Shown here one piece after another: positions 23,991 through 37,251 of a stretch of 64,000 bases of DNA. Within the stretch, counting starts at the first letter, position 1. Every line of letters starts with the position of its first letter. The notes beneath the pieces were generated by a model, which did no database searches, was not told where the DNA came from, and was given only the letters and a program-made list of their open reading frames with translations. A program made the position numbers and the translations under genes. The DNA comes from Laetmonice hystrix (taxonomy: Eukaryota), in contig OZ249445.1 of assembly GCA_965235115.1 (NCBI GenBank), positions 13,392,001 through 13,456,000 of the forward strand. Direction: 5' to 3'.

Positions 23991-26900
23991 TTATTATGTC
24001 CGGCTTTAATTTCACAGCTCTAAGTCTAAGTTTAACAGCATCATGCCGGATCTGACTAGCTTTCAGAAACCTCGGCTGACAAAACATATCGGAGACACAG
24101 TCTATCCGCTATCTGGGCTGGCCTGATTGGATGTAATTGAGACGGTTTCCACTTCACAAAACTTCCCAATCCCCATTTACTTCAGCTCATTTGTACTCTC
24201 AGTCTCTGAGCTCACCATTTAGCTGGAAAGATATACTGGCCTGACGGTCACCATCATTCGAAGGAGGCCGCGACAAAATACAGACAGTAATATACTATAT
24301 GTATACATGTAGCTTTTGTATACAAATATTTCAAATATCGAATTCTTTTCTGCCATGTAATGCATAAACTTTGAGACGTAAAGTAGACATATATACAGTG
24401 GCCATGGTATGTGAACTTCATATATTATGATATCATTCTGATATATTCAAATACATTCATGAATGATATATCCATAGCACGAGTTTATGCTGTGAGTGTG
24501 TGACAGAGCCATTCTATCATTCCAATAATACAAGATCAATATCAAGTCACTCTCACACTCTGCTCAAGTTTTCAGCTTCAATTGAGATGAGACATGTTAA
24601 ACCCAACGCAAGGTTTCTTTGTAGATCTATACCTTTATTTCTCTACTGCCACGACTAAAATTACATCTGCCTTGTCATGGCTTGGACACATCGCAATTTC
24701 CAATCGCAATTTCCAGTAGACGTCTCGCTACTTAGTAATTTAAAGAGAATTCTTGAACAGAGTCCGACCTCAACTACAGCGATACATCTCTTTACAATTA
24801 AATGGTTATTCCAACGAGATGTACATGATCTCCCTTTTGACAAGCCAAAGGGTACATTCTGGGAATTTGTTCTTAGAACCTTGAGATGATTTTTTTTTCT
24901 CAAAAGAGACACGGAGAAAGTGCCCATTGGCAAGTGGCCTTCCAGACCTCTCGTAAGTTGCTTTTGCTGGAGCACGCGCCTTATTATTACACCCTCTGTG
25001 AAAGGTTGCTGAGGTCATTCAGGTGACTGCCACCCAGCATGCTGCTGCATCAATTTTACCCCGTGTTGCGCTGGGCCTGCTCAGTTGGGCCACAGGTCAA
25101 TTACTCTAGGTGTTCTAGCATAGAGGGTTAGTGGCTTGTAACCGCACTGGCTTCAACTTTAGACATGTTTCTGTATTTTCCTTGCATCTTAACCTTTTTG
25201 TCAGTACATATGCAACGCGTTTTACAAGTTAGGCCTACTTCATCTGGATCAGTGCTTACTTCAATATTTGGCTGAAAAAGAAAGTTTTAAATGAAGAAAT
25301 TCCCAGCTGTTACAGGTTCTTGAAACTCCATCTTAAACTGTTAAAGGGAGGCACCACAGGAGCCTCATCCGTTTGGGTTGCGAACGGACGAGGCTCCTGT
25401 GGAGGCACTAACTGTGCTCTTTAGTTTCGGGGTTAATTGTTAAGTCAGCCTGTATCAGCGTGATAGCATGACCTTTGGCCCATGTGGGTCTGCGCTGTAT
25501 GGTCCTGGGGTTTCCATCGAGCATGCTTTCACAACTAAATCCACCTGAGTGTTTGCCGTCGTCATACCCTCGACAAACATCCTCCATACCGTATCGAGGT
25601 TCTTTACCCTCCATGCTGTTTCTGATATGTTTCTGATCGATGCAAAACTCAAGGAAGGTCTAGTTTCACGGGAATATTGGACAGAACAAGACAGAACATG
25701 GCCAAAACTGTACTCTGAGGTTACAATTTCACCCAAATGCCCCAACTATTTCTGTATTGTCATGCCGTATCGGATTTTAAGTCGGGATTCGTCAAGTATC
25801 TCAGGGACATGGAGGGAGGGAGAGAATCAAGTGTACATATCAAACAGGCACCACCGACAGCCAACTAACCACAGATAAAACAGGTCACGCACACTAATCT
25901 CAACCAACAACGAAACCCTAAACTTCAAGTTTTTTTATTTGACCGATTTCACACCAATCTAGCTTAGAAAATAATCTAAAAAATGAACATGAAAGTTTCA
26001 ATTCTAACTGGTATTCTACCGGCCGTTTTAGCACTTACCATGAACCTCAGGGGTATAAATGGGGACATACGGTGCATCATTGGGTGATATGTAATTTATG
26101 ACAGTTTGGTGATGACAAGCCCAAACCTACACAAGCCATTACCTCGCACCAGGTCGCCTGTACATTCAACAGTTAAGTAATGACACACCTCCCTGCAACA
26201 TTACAGCTATCCGCAGAGGATCAAACAGTCCACCCGGCAGGCACATCACAAACTTCATTAGGTGCCTCCCATAAGCTGGAGGACAGCAGCCCACTCATTG
26301 GTGCCTTCAAGGCTACTGATCCTTTACGGACCAATCAAATATTTCGACTTACAGCCTTTTAGCTAAACTACTTAAGGCCTCCACCAGCTACCGGGCGGGT
26401 TGTTAGGACCATCTCTCATTCCTGCGGCAGTCTGGTGGCCATTAGGTCACAAGGATTTGTGTGGAACTGTATCTTTCTAATATAGTAGAGCTCAAGGAAT
26501 TCCATCTGTCATGACCTTTCGACTGGTTCCTTCTTTTCCTTTAAGTATGGCACTCATTTCTAACACTCAACAGGAAATTGCAACCCATTAAATCAATATT
26601 ATCTTTAACTTAAGTAACTATCTTTAGCTAAAGACTCCACCAGAAATTCAAATATATGGGGTGCTGACTGTAAAGAGGTCTGATTTTCAGGTCAGTGCAC
26701 ACATGTAAAAACCAACTGAAAGATTTCTCAATTTATTTTTAACTTTTTCACAATCCTTTTGCAAAAAAAGCTTCAGGAGTAAATTCGTATAACATGATCA
26801 GAGTCAATCATGATCTACTAACCTACAAGTGGAGCAGTCTAGTCACAACCCGATGGCATGTTTAATCAGTGTGTACACAAGCCCGTACGTCCTTCAACTT

Positions 26901-29663
26901 CCAAGGCCGGCCAACCTCTGGAACTGCCTCATGTTCCGACTTCACGCGTTTCCCAGAGAGGCCATACTTTAGGCACATGTTTATTCATCTCTTTATAATG
27001 GCACTCCATGGCTTACAAACGCCCTGCCAACTTTCCCATCAGCACACAAATCCCTCCCTAGATGGCCCCTGCCCAATCTCCTTGACAGCCAACAATCATC
27101 CTGGCGCCCTGCACCCCTCAAACCGCCCAACATAACTGTTACATATTCCCCAGACACCCCTTCCAATACCTCCATGCGCAGACAGCGGGGACATGGATTC
27201 TCGATTTCTTGTATGCATGCCCTGATTCTCATCAACAGTGCAGGCCTGTCCATTTTTCTTCACAGGTCCAACTTCCTAACACATCAGTTCAAATAACTAG
27301 GGGGGGGGGAGTAATCGGGTCACTGGCTGGCCAGTGGTTTCCATAAATCTTCAGCTTATAAACAGTGAGAACTATGAACTGCTATATTGACTATTGAGAT
27401 GACCACTAGTCTAGAGTTTAGACGTAGCTGGGCCCCATCAAATTTAATAATACATGTATCTCGGCTGTCTTCTTCTTCCCTTAAATTTCCTGCCAATGAA
27501 CCACGGGAAAAACAGCTTTAATAACTGTAGGGTTGTGATATTGCTTTGTGACAGGACAATAATGTTTCTGTGTGTTCATCTGGAAAAAGTATTTTCATTC
27601 ACCGCGTTTGTCCACTTAAGGGATAAGATTAACAAATTTATACAATTGAAATATAAATATTTCAAAACAAGCCAACAGGTCTGTAACATAAATCCTTCAA
27701 GGCAGCCAAGGGTTGACAGTCCGTGTTCAATCCAATAAATATCCTCAGGACACACCTTCTGACGTCAGTCTCACACAGACAGCACCACAAGGACACCGAT
27801 TTTCAGGTGGGAGAAGACATCTCCTGATGACAAGTTACAGAGGGTTCATTTCTGAGATAGAGACCTAGTCAGATGACCCACCTGTGGAGTGTGGTTATTG
27901 GTAGGTAATTCGTCCAGGTAGGAGGGGTCGCCCACCTAGCTCACACTGCCCACAGCTGATACCCAAGACGGTTTAGACTAACACTATCAGTGAAGACAAC
28001 ACGGTACTGCTGTCATCCTCATCTGACACTGCCCGCAGGGTGGCTGCATATCCTGAGCCATCACATGTCAGTATCAATAATGTACCACCATGAGAAATAA
28101 ACTGTCTCAGCCGGTCTGCCTGCTCTAATTTCTGGGTCAAACATCTGTCCATGATTGCAGACTTTGTCTAAAAACAAGAGTGTATCTTGGCGTCTTTTAA
28201 AGCACTGAAGGGAATCGTTAGTAAGTAACTTTGACGGCTTGACAAATCCATAGTTTATATGTATAGAAAGCCCTCAAGAATGACGACCACAGCCTAGTGA
28301 TATTTGTGGTTGTTGTATTCCATAAGATCTTTGTCCAATACATTAGCAGCGCCTCACAGAAAGGATCTATGTCCCTCTGCGTCCCGTATGTGAATACACT
28401 GATACAGCCACCTGCTCTGAGCACCTGCAGGTCTCACCTGTCTGGTGTGCTAATATCTGGTGATGCGGTGCAGTGACTGATGGTTGTCTATACCAGATGG
28501 TGGCATGGACAGGGTCACCAAAACCTTCACTTGCTTCAGTCTAACCTTCTGTATGGTCATACTATGGGTGTTTGGATTCACCATGGCATGGTATCAGCGC
28601 AGTTTTTAGGGCGTTTTATATTGATATAAAAAAAAGGTTTTATATTGATTCAAAATAAACTTGCCATAGCCATCTGGACTGTGGACATGTATGTATGTCA
28701 GTGACCTGACCTCTGCCTTGGGCGTAAATCAACGTGGATTTATAGCCAATAATAACATCGTAATTTATAAAAGGTAGGTGCCAACTTCTGGATATCCTAC
28801 ATTTTTGCCCGTGAAAAGTAACACATGATAATTGAAAAAAAGTTCACATACCCCTAAAAATCGGTCTAGTGATAGCCTTCTGTATCTCTTGAAGGATGAA
28901 CTATCATAATTCATATCGTTGCCTTCCTGCTAACTCTGACAACGTCCATGTGAATAATCAAAGCTGCAGTAACTCATGACACAGGGAGTGTGCTGACCGA
29001 CAGGGCCCTTTCCCACAGTAGCTTCCACCATAAACGTCAACTCACAGGTGGCTATAGCAACAGTTTTTATGATCAGGGGAATCCCAGACCAAGTGCAGTC
29101 AAGCTTACTTACTGACCAGGTACAAAATACACTTGTTCACGGCAGGGTTCCTGCTGGAAACTTTTAGTATACTAGCCGATTTCTAATCATGTATCAGACG
29201 TTGCTGAATAAGTACTGACTGAGCACTTCGACAAAATAATTTTTTTAAATTTTTACCCGTTCTAACAATCATTCTGACAAAATAGGAATCAGTTCTGCTC
29301 AACTGTTCCCAGGACTTTCCCTGATTTTTCCAGGTAAAACAAAAAATTAGTCGAAACAGCCCAGATTTCTAATATTAATTATATACCTAAAGTTAATTTA
29401 TACTGCTAAAGTATCCTAGGCTGTAATTTCAAACCTAAATGTAGCCTATACTACTAGTATAGTAATACATGTACATGTACACTGTTTTAGACAACAGATT
29501 AATATAGATAGACCTGGCTAGACTTTACAAGCATGGCTTGTCTCCTACTCGTAGATCTCGTCACTACAGGTGTGGTGAGGTCGAAGTACTCTGTCTGGTC
29601 GACATCTATACCACTTTGTGTAGCCAGGCAGTGAGGGGTCGATTTAGTCTGCACTTTCATATA

Positions 29664-29855
29664 CAAGGGTGTAGCCAGGGGGGTTTCCGGGTTGCCCGGA
29701 ACCCCCCCCCCCCCCCAAAAAAAAAAGAATAAAATAAATAGCTAATTAAATAGCTAACTAAATAAATGAATTACTAATATTATGGTTAGGACCCTCCCCC
29801 CCCCCCCCCCCCCCCCATAGGCCTATCTCAGTTCTGCCTACAGGCTACACCCCTG
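29664..29855. mobile_element. MITE-like element with poly-C tracts
   Basis: TIR caagggtgtagcc / ggctacacccctg (1 mismatch). No TSD seen. Confidence 0.55.
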
Positions 29856-31959
29856 CAGCTCATTTACAGGTACCGTAGGCGACAAGCAAAGAGCTACAAA
29901 GTAAAGCTACACCGCGCCCGGGTACGACTGCACTGGCACTGGCACTAGAAGACCTATAAAAGACTAGTAAAGACTAAGAATATATTCTGAGGTAGATCTA
30001 CACACAATGTAGCCCTAAGCCAAGGCTAAGGCTAAGCCAAGGCTAAGTTGGGGTCTAGAGGCTAGATCTGTGTGTGTATCACTACACTGTCTACAGTATC
30101 ACGTTACTGTAACTGTGTATGCAGGTATGCGATATGAATCCCGACTGCCAGTACTCGGGCCGTCTGGCTGTTTTGGTGTGGATGTCCCAGATTTAGGCTA
30201 CCATTAGCTGGTCATTCGGCGCACGTCCCAGCCCCACAACTGCCTTGAACTGGCACAAGAAGCCTACCGTGGGTAGGCCCGGCGGGTCCAGTGACGGACA
30301 GCCCGACTGTCGGGGCCGCCACGCCGTCGTCCGGCTGGTCGACCGTCCCCCGCCCGCAGACACCAACTTCACCAAACAATCCAAAGCTTTGACCGTTTAT
30401 AAACGTGTCCGGACTCAACTTGGTATCATCCTACTTCTACTTGATCATACCACGACGGTAAGATGTCGATGATGATGTACTTTAGCCGTTTAGATATACT
30501 GACAGCGAGTGAGACTAGTAAGAGTGAGAGAAAGCCCGACTCTCTGGCTCCGTTATCCTGACACCACCGACGGCCGAGAGCTGCGGTGGCCACCGCTGCC
30601 GTCTCTCCCCACTTGCCATCCCGATCCCTGGCGATCCGCGGTTGGTTGCTCGTGTCTGTCGTGAACCAGCTGGGCCTTTTGAATCTTTCAACTCCATAGA
30701 ACGGTAGGACGTGGAACACTCACCTTCTAAACACGATTCCTGTGAGAGTAAATCCTATTCGTAGTTATCCGACTGAGTGCAGGCTTGAAAGAGTTTTCAC
30801 AAACTGATTACGTGAGGGTGAAGAGTGTAGCGACTCGCGAGTATCCTCCACACAAACCCATCGACTCGGCTCCAGCAGCTGACGAGACACTGGTCCCTTT
30901 CACGAAAGTACGGTACATAAATAACGGAACGGAACGGGGGTACAAACGGAACTTTCTTTTTTTGTCGAACATCACGGGTTATGCATGCGCGGGTCAAACG
31001 TTGAACTTTATTAGATTCGTTTCCCTTTTAGGCCTAATGTCTTTAACCTGACCAAACCCCATTTTTAAATTCTCGATGTTAAAAAAAAATCATAATACCC
31101 ACTCTGGCCTCTAACAAAGTAAAGTACCGTATAACGTTAGGCTGAAGATGCGTTTTATGGTTCTGTAAATTAAGAGCATTCCGATAATATAGGCTACCGG
31201 TAGGTCTTATACTCGCAGTAAAAATATTAGGTCTGTATCGTGGTCTGAACTGTTGGGTCTAAAATGAACTTGTAAGTTTCTATTATTAAGTTTCTAGACC
31301 ATTTATGTCTGTTGAATTGGGTTAATAATATGCCATGTCAGTCATGACATTATGTGTTTTGCTAATTTTTTAAAAGTTGTTTTTCAACTTGCGTTATACG
31401 GTACCTCAAACACGGGTCTTTTAAAATACAGAAACGTAGAAATCATGCACAGAAATCAGACAGTGAATCACATTCGGGAATCCTCGGCCATATCTTCGAA
31501 AGTAGCCTCGGGTGAAATAGGTGCCATTTTGAGCATTGCATCGCGGGTACATTTAGCCGGGACTCTCGACAGCATGGCAGTGCTTGCAGTATTTTGTCTG
31601 CATCAGGCATGGAAGCAACTAAAATAGGCCTACAATGCTTTCCCCGAAGTCAGTGGGCAATATTACAATAGTATCATGTCATGATACAACTTAAATTACA
31701 ACATGATTACAAGTAGTCCTACCATGTGTCGGGCCAGTGTCGGACATGGGCGCGGCCATATTGCTTCCCAGAATTTGAAAAATTACCGTATAGACGCCCA
31801 TATAGGTAAATTGGGTGATTCATTTTTCTTCTTCAAACGTTCCCCTTCATACCAGAAATTGATATTTGCACATACAACGCCGAAGGAGCAGGTGTCAATA
31901 ATGCACTACTTCCTGGCTCGATGGGATATGACGGTTCACTCAGTGCCTCGCTACACACC

Positions 31960-33155
31960 CAGGCCCGTAGGCTGGTCTGAAAATGGGTGGGTTACTTATC
32001 AGGGGCGGACCCAGGATTTTCAAAAGGGGGGGGGGGGGGGGTGCTATGGATAAAGGGCACTCCCCCCCCCCAGTGAGTATAGCCTAAACAGTCAAATAAA
32101 AGTGGCATAGGCCTATAGACCTACGCACATCAACAGGGCCGTAGTTAGTAATGTCTGAGTGTGGGGGCAGTCAGGGGCGAATCCACGAATTTGGTAAAAG
32201 GGGATGTCCCCCATGGGTGCGAGCGCCGAAGGCGCGAAGCCATGAAGGCAGGGGGTCTGGGGGTCCTCCCCCAGAAAAAAATTTAAATTACAGTGCCAAA
32301 TACGCGATATATATATAGACCAGCCTTTAGGGCTATAGGCCTAATAGGCCTAGACAATTGGACCTTTAGATTTTAAATATCTTTCGTAAAATAAAAAAGG
32401 GCACTTGAGGGGGAGAGAAAAGGGCACATGGGGCGAGAGGGGGGTGCACTGCTTAGGCCTAGATAGTGAAATGAGTTCCATAAATTTGCATGGGGTGGAT
32501 ACTTACGGTGGAAGCTATTTCTTGACCATGCACTGATATTGAAAATTGTTTCCAATAGGCCTACCAGTGGTTCCAACGTTAAAAGAATGTGAAATGCACC
32601 AGCCAAGCCACGAACTGTAGGGAGCACCATAGGCACGAAGCGTTTGTACTAGGTAGTACGGGGGCATGCTCCCCCCCGGCAGGAATCTTTTTAAAACTAG
32701 GAGTGAAATGATGCATTCTGGGGGCGTTTTGGTCATGTTTCAGAAATCTGAGAGCAAAATTTTACCGAGGCACAGTATACAAGGAATCTCTTTAGATTTT
32801 TAGATTGGGAAGTAACCCCCCCCCCCCCCGGGTGGTTCTCGCCTCTTCTGAGATACCAGTGGCAGTGCAGTTCTGCCCCTGGTCAGGTCATATTGAATAT
32901 GGGCGTGCTAGGGGGGTCTGAATCTGGGGTCCGGGACATGTTCCCCCAGAAAAAAAATGAAAAATTGGAGGCCTAACAACCATACATCTGTGTTTTTTTC
33001 AATTGGTGGGGCATATTTGTGCCCCCTCCTCCAACTAAAAAATCGGTCCCACGCCCCTGCATGGGCAGACCTTTTTACCTTGACTAGGCGGACCTGGGCT
33101 GCCTCTGCGGGTAGGTTACGAGTAACCCAAGTAACCCCCGCAGCCTACGGGCCTG
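31960..33155. mobile_element. 1.2-kb non-autonomous DNA transposon with 5-bp TSD, containing nested repeat fragments
   Basis: Perfect 15-bp TIR caggcccgtaggctg / cagcctacgggcctg, with acacc on both flanks. Internal caggggcg... and poly-G/C repeat fragments. Confidence 0.8.
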
Positions 33156-33228
33156 ACACCTCCATTTGGCCGTGTATCTGGTTGCCAAACATGGCCGCTA
33201 TTCCACCCGAGGGTATATTCGAATAGCA

Positions 33229-33265
33229 GGAAGTGACGTCATATGCCCGAGGGAGTCCCGAATGA
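33229..33265 (+). promoter_or_regulatory. POLR2L proximal promoter candidate (ETS-CRE composite)
   Basis: ggaagtgacgtca at 33229-33241, about 900 bp upstream of the POLR2L ATG. Candidate 5'UTR-exon donor gagcag|gtgcgt at 33413/33414. Confidence 0.45.
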
Positions 33266-34137
33266 GTGAATCAGAGACACAAAGCGGACCTAACCTCTCA
33301 CTGTATATCTTATTTATTTTAAATGATAGATAATTCCGCCAAGTCCCACTATGGTTCCGCGTTGACGAGGGAGCCATCTAGTGAGGAGCCTTAAAACTAT
33401 TCGTGGTGAGCAGGTGCGTACACACGCGTGGATACGGGCAAGTATTTCACTAGATTTCCTAAAGTAATAGCTCTACCTATTTCTATAATAACTGATGGGT
33501 CTGTTTATGTGAAATCTCCGGCGGAGGTACAGTCAGTATTGTGGTACTGTAACGATTTTATTATGGTAAAATTGCTTGCCGACCTGGAGGCGGCATGGAC
33601 TGAGCGATATTAGAGGTTAAGTGAAGCTCCAGCAGCTACTGGCCGTGTTGCCATGACATGAAGGGAGTGTCTACTAAAGACTATTTGACCAGCGTTTTCT
33701 GTCTCTTCCTTGTCCCCATGACATCTGTATGCCAACCCTTACATTACCTGGAACTACCCAAACGTGGGAAAGGAAGGATTTATTGGGGAGTGACTTACTT
33801 GTTCGGTCAGGCTCATTTCAAATGAAATGGCAAGCACTGGATAATGGATTAGCTAGAGCTCTATTACTAGTTTTTAGTAATACAGGCTGGAGTCTAGACA
33901 CTTGCTTCATGTCCCATTCAGTGTACATATTCTCTATGTACTCTTTACCTGTCCTATGACTAGGCCTATAGATACAGAGGGGGGGGGGGTTTGGGGATCC
34001 CCCCCCCCTTACAAAGTAATTTTTCTTTTGATCTGCTTAAAAGGTTCAAACCAAACATACACCCCCCCCCCCCCCCCCCCCCCCCCCCATCCATTCGAAT
34101 ATTAGACTTTGTACTGACATGTATTTTATTCTTCTAG

Positions 34138-34266
<129 letters not shown>

Positions 34267-34382
34267 TAAGGTTATAACTAAAGTGTTCCACAAAACAAAG
34301 TGGTTTTATAATATTTTGTTTTATTGGTCACCTTTGATTTTGAGATTATTCTAAATACTTTTGGTATTTGAGTTTCTTGTAG

Positions 34383-34532
<150 letters not shown>

Positions 34533-35227
34533 TAAACTTTGGATAAAAATGAAAATCCAGTCAATCATCTTCATCATCATTTCCTCAATTGAAGAAACAT
34601 GAACAGCTGAGACTGAGTCTCTGATGGGGAAAAATATCAAACCACATAACCCAGCAGACAGGCAGATGAAGAGGTTGAACAAGTGCGGCATGGACTGTTC
34701 TGGAAGACAATTTTTAAAAAGGAAAAGAAATTCAATTTCAACAAAAACTGCCAACATTTCTAACAGAGTGATAGAAGCATAAAAATGTGTTGGTTATATA
34801 CACTGAATCTATAATTCCAATAGATGATATGTCGTCTTGTTAGCAGAGTCTACAGGGTCTCGGTTTATGTGATCACCGCATCTGTGCATACTTAGAAGTT
34901 CATTAGCTACATATATTTAGCTATTCATCCCGTTCTTTCCTGTCTGTATTGTTTATTAAAATGTATGAAAACATATTGTCATTGTTTTGTTTTTGTTACA
35001 TTATGTTAGGAATCGAGAGCTGTTCCCTAGGCTAGAGGACTATGTATCTGCTTTGACCAGTGTCATTAAATTCTGCATAGATCCAGGACGGAACTTAATG
35101 TGAATAACAGCTATTCTATCTGTAATACAGTATGAAGCAAATGCCACGCAACGAAAGGGGGGTTTAGGGAGTTGGCAACTGACAAAAGAGTTCTCTCTCG
35201 GGTCTCGGTCAGTGCCTCACAGTAACT

Positions 35228-35962
35228 GCCAACACGGTCGAAATACGGCAGCGCCTGCTGGCGGGAATTTCGAGAAACTTTGGTCGACCAAGCGTTACCG
35301 GCTTCACTGCACAAGTTGAACACGGATTGTTAACATTTGGAAATTTGGTTACAGTCTGTAATGGTCATGTAATGATCAGTTAAGCGTTAAAGGTGGTAGT
35401 CCTTCTTGACACGCAATTATGATGCTTTCATTCTTTGTTATGAATCGTTGCAGCGCCTCATCAGCCTGAGCCTGATGGCAAACTTTGGATCGTGACTGTG
35501 GCGCCTCTGGTGGCTGGTAATGATTAGTTCCATACAAAACGCTAGATGGCAGGCAAAGGTTTTGTAAAGTTAAAACACCAGAGGGCAGCAAAAGTCATTT
35601 CTACTCCTGATTTGAGCAGGGGACCAGCGAGTTTCTACTCGCGCAGAAATGACGTCATATGCCCGAGGGAATCCCGAATGTCCCTCTGGTGGCTCCTCTG
35701 TCATTCATCATTGCCATCTAGCGGTTAATATTGAACTAATCGCTGAGGCTGTTCTGTTCGGTTCGGCGCCTCAAAATATTCACAACGAATAATAGAAGCG
35801 TTATAATCGCATGCCAAGCATGGATAATACCTGAAATGGTGAAGTGGACATCATAATCACATTCACAGACCTTTTAATTTGCAAGTCATCCGCGTTCAAC
35901 GTGCGTTACGTGTTTCTCAAAATACCCACCAGCAGGCGCTGTGGTATTTCGACCGTGTTGGC
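35228..35962. mobile_element. Nested inverted-repeat structure (probable MITE remnants)
   Basis: Outer IR of about 49 bp, gccaacacggtcgaaatac.. (35228-35276) versus 35914-35962. Inner IR gattagttc..cgctagatggca (35522-35551) versus 35712-35741. No TSD found. Confidence 0.55.
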
Positions 35963-37251
35963 TCGCGTGTTGCCCGGTGGTGTGACGTACCGCTCAGAGC
36001 AGACTTCATTATAAAAAACGGACTTTCCCGAATAAGGAATCTCCTGGGTGGAACGTTCAGAGGGAAATATAAGAAGAGGAAAGATAATAACGTGTATCTT
36101 GGCGTATATAGCAAGAAACTGAAATACTGGCTGCCTTATTTCTCAGTGATAAATTGTAATCCTACTTTTTCCAAGCACATCGATAAATATAGCTAGACCT
36201 ACTACAACATTTAGGCCTACTTGGCTTATGATTAGCCCTACGTTGGCCATCATTCCAACGTGGCGTCAGTAGGCCAGTAAGATTAACACGTCTCACTCTG
36301 GGTGGGGAAGAGCTAGGGTTCAGGAACCTTGGGCATGGAATCAGGAGGGGGTACACAGAAACCTTTAATTACATTCCCCTACACCGTGCCTGCCCCTTCA
36401 AGTGTAGGCCCCACCTCCTGACTTTGACCTTGGGGGCAGCAGTGAGCCGTCATGTTGTTCAGACACTGAGTGGAGAGGCCCGAGGTCGTCATTAACTGGT
36501 CAGGGTGTGGGGGAGCGCCAGTCATTCTGGTCCTCGCCCCTAGGGGTCGTGACCGTCGGTCTTGCCATGTGGTCCTTGGTTCACCGGTCGACCCGAGTCG
36601 ACGTTATAGATCTATACAAATGTACATATATCTCCGTGCTGAGGCCAAATCTCTACTGCAGGGCCTAGGATCTGCCAATTTTCTCTGGTCGAATGTAAAA
36701 CTCTCTATCAAATACTCTCTCAAATATAAGTGAAGCAATGTGCTTTTCCGGCAATCAGAAATTGTGTTTCCAAAGTTCTGCTTGGACGTCATCACTCTAA
36801 CACTACCAAAGCAATCAATGTGAAGGAATTTCCCTTCAAAATGAGACTTTAGACGAAGACATTGTAGATAAAACTACACTTTAATACACATGATAATCTC
36901 GATACTCATGCGACACGATCTGCTGAGGCCAGACCAATTCCATCCATGGGTCATTGAGAAAGTGACGTCCAACTGGGACCTGGTTAGTTATCCAATACTC
37001 CATGTACATCTACACGTACTGCCACATCGCGTCCCTGTCAATGTGTGGCGCTTATAAACGTGCTCATCTCCTTGTACAGACCGCCACAGTCACAGCTTAT
37101 CACGGTGATTCAAAATATACACATATAGCTCTCAAGTCATCCTCAGGGGAAAAACATGTAAAATAGGCGTACACTTTGAACAAAAACGATACGATTGATG
37201 TGTTACTTCATTTCCCCCCATGTGAATGACTAATATCCATTTGGCACCAAA

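Noticed and set aside
25983-26087. Signal-peptide-like short ORF MNMKVSILTGILPAVLALTMNLRGINGDIRCIIG
   Set aside because: Stops after 34 codons, with no strong donor or downstream exon identified.
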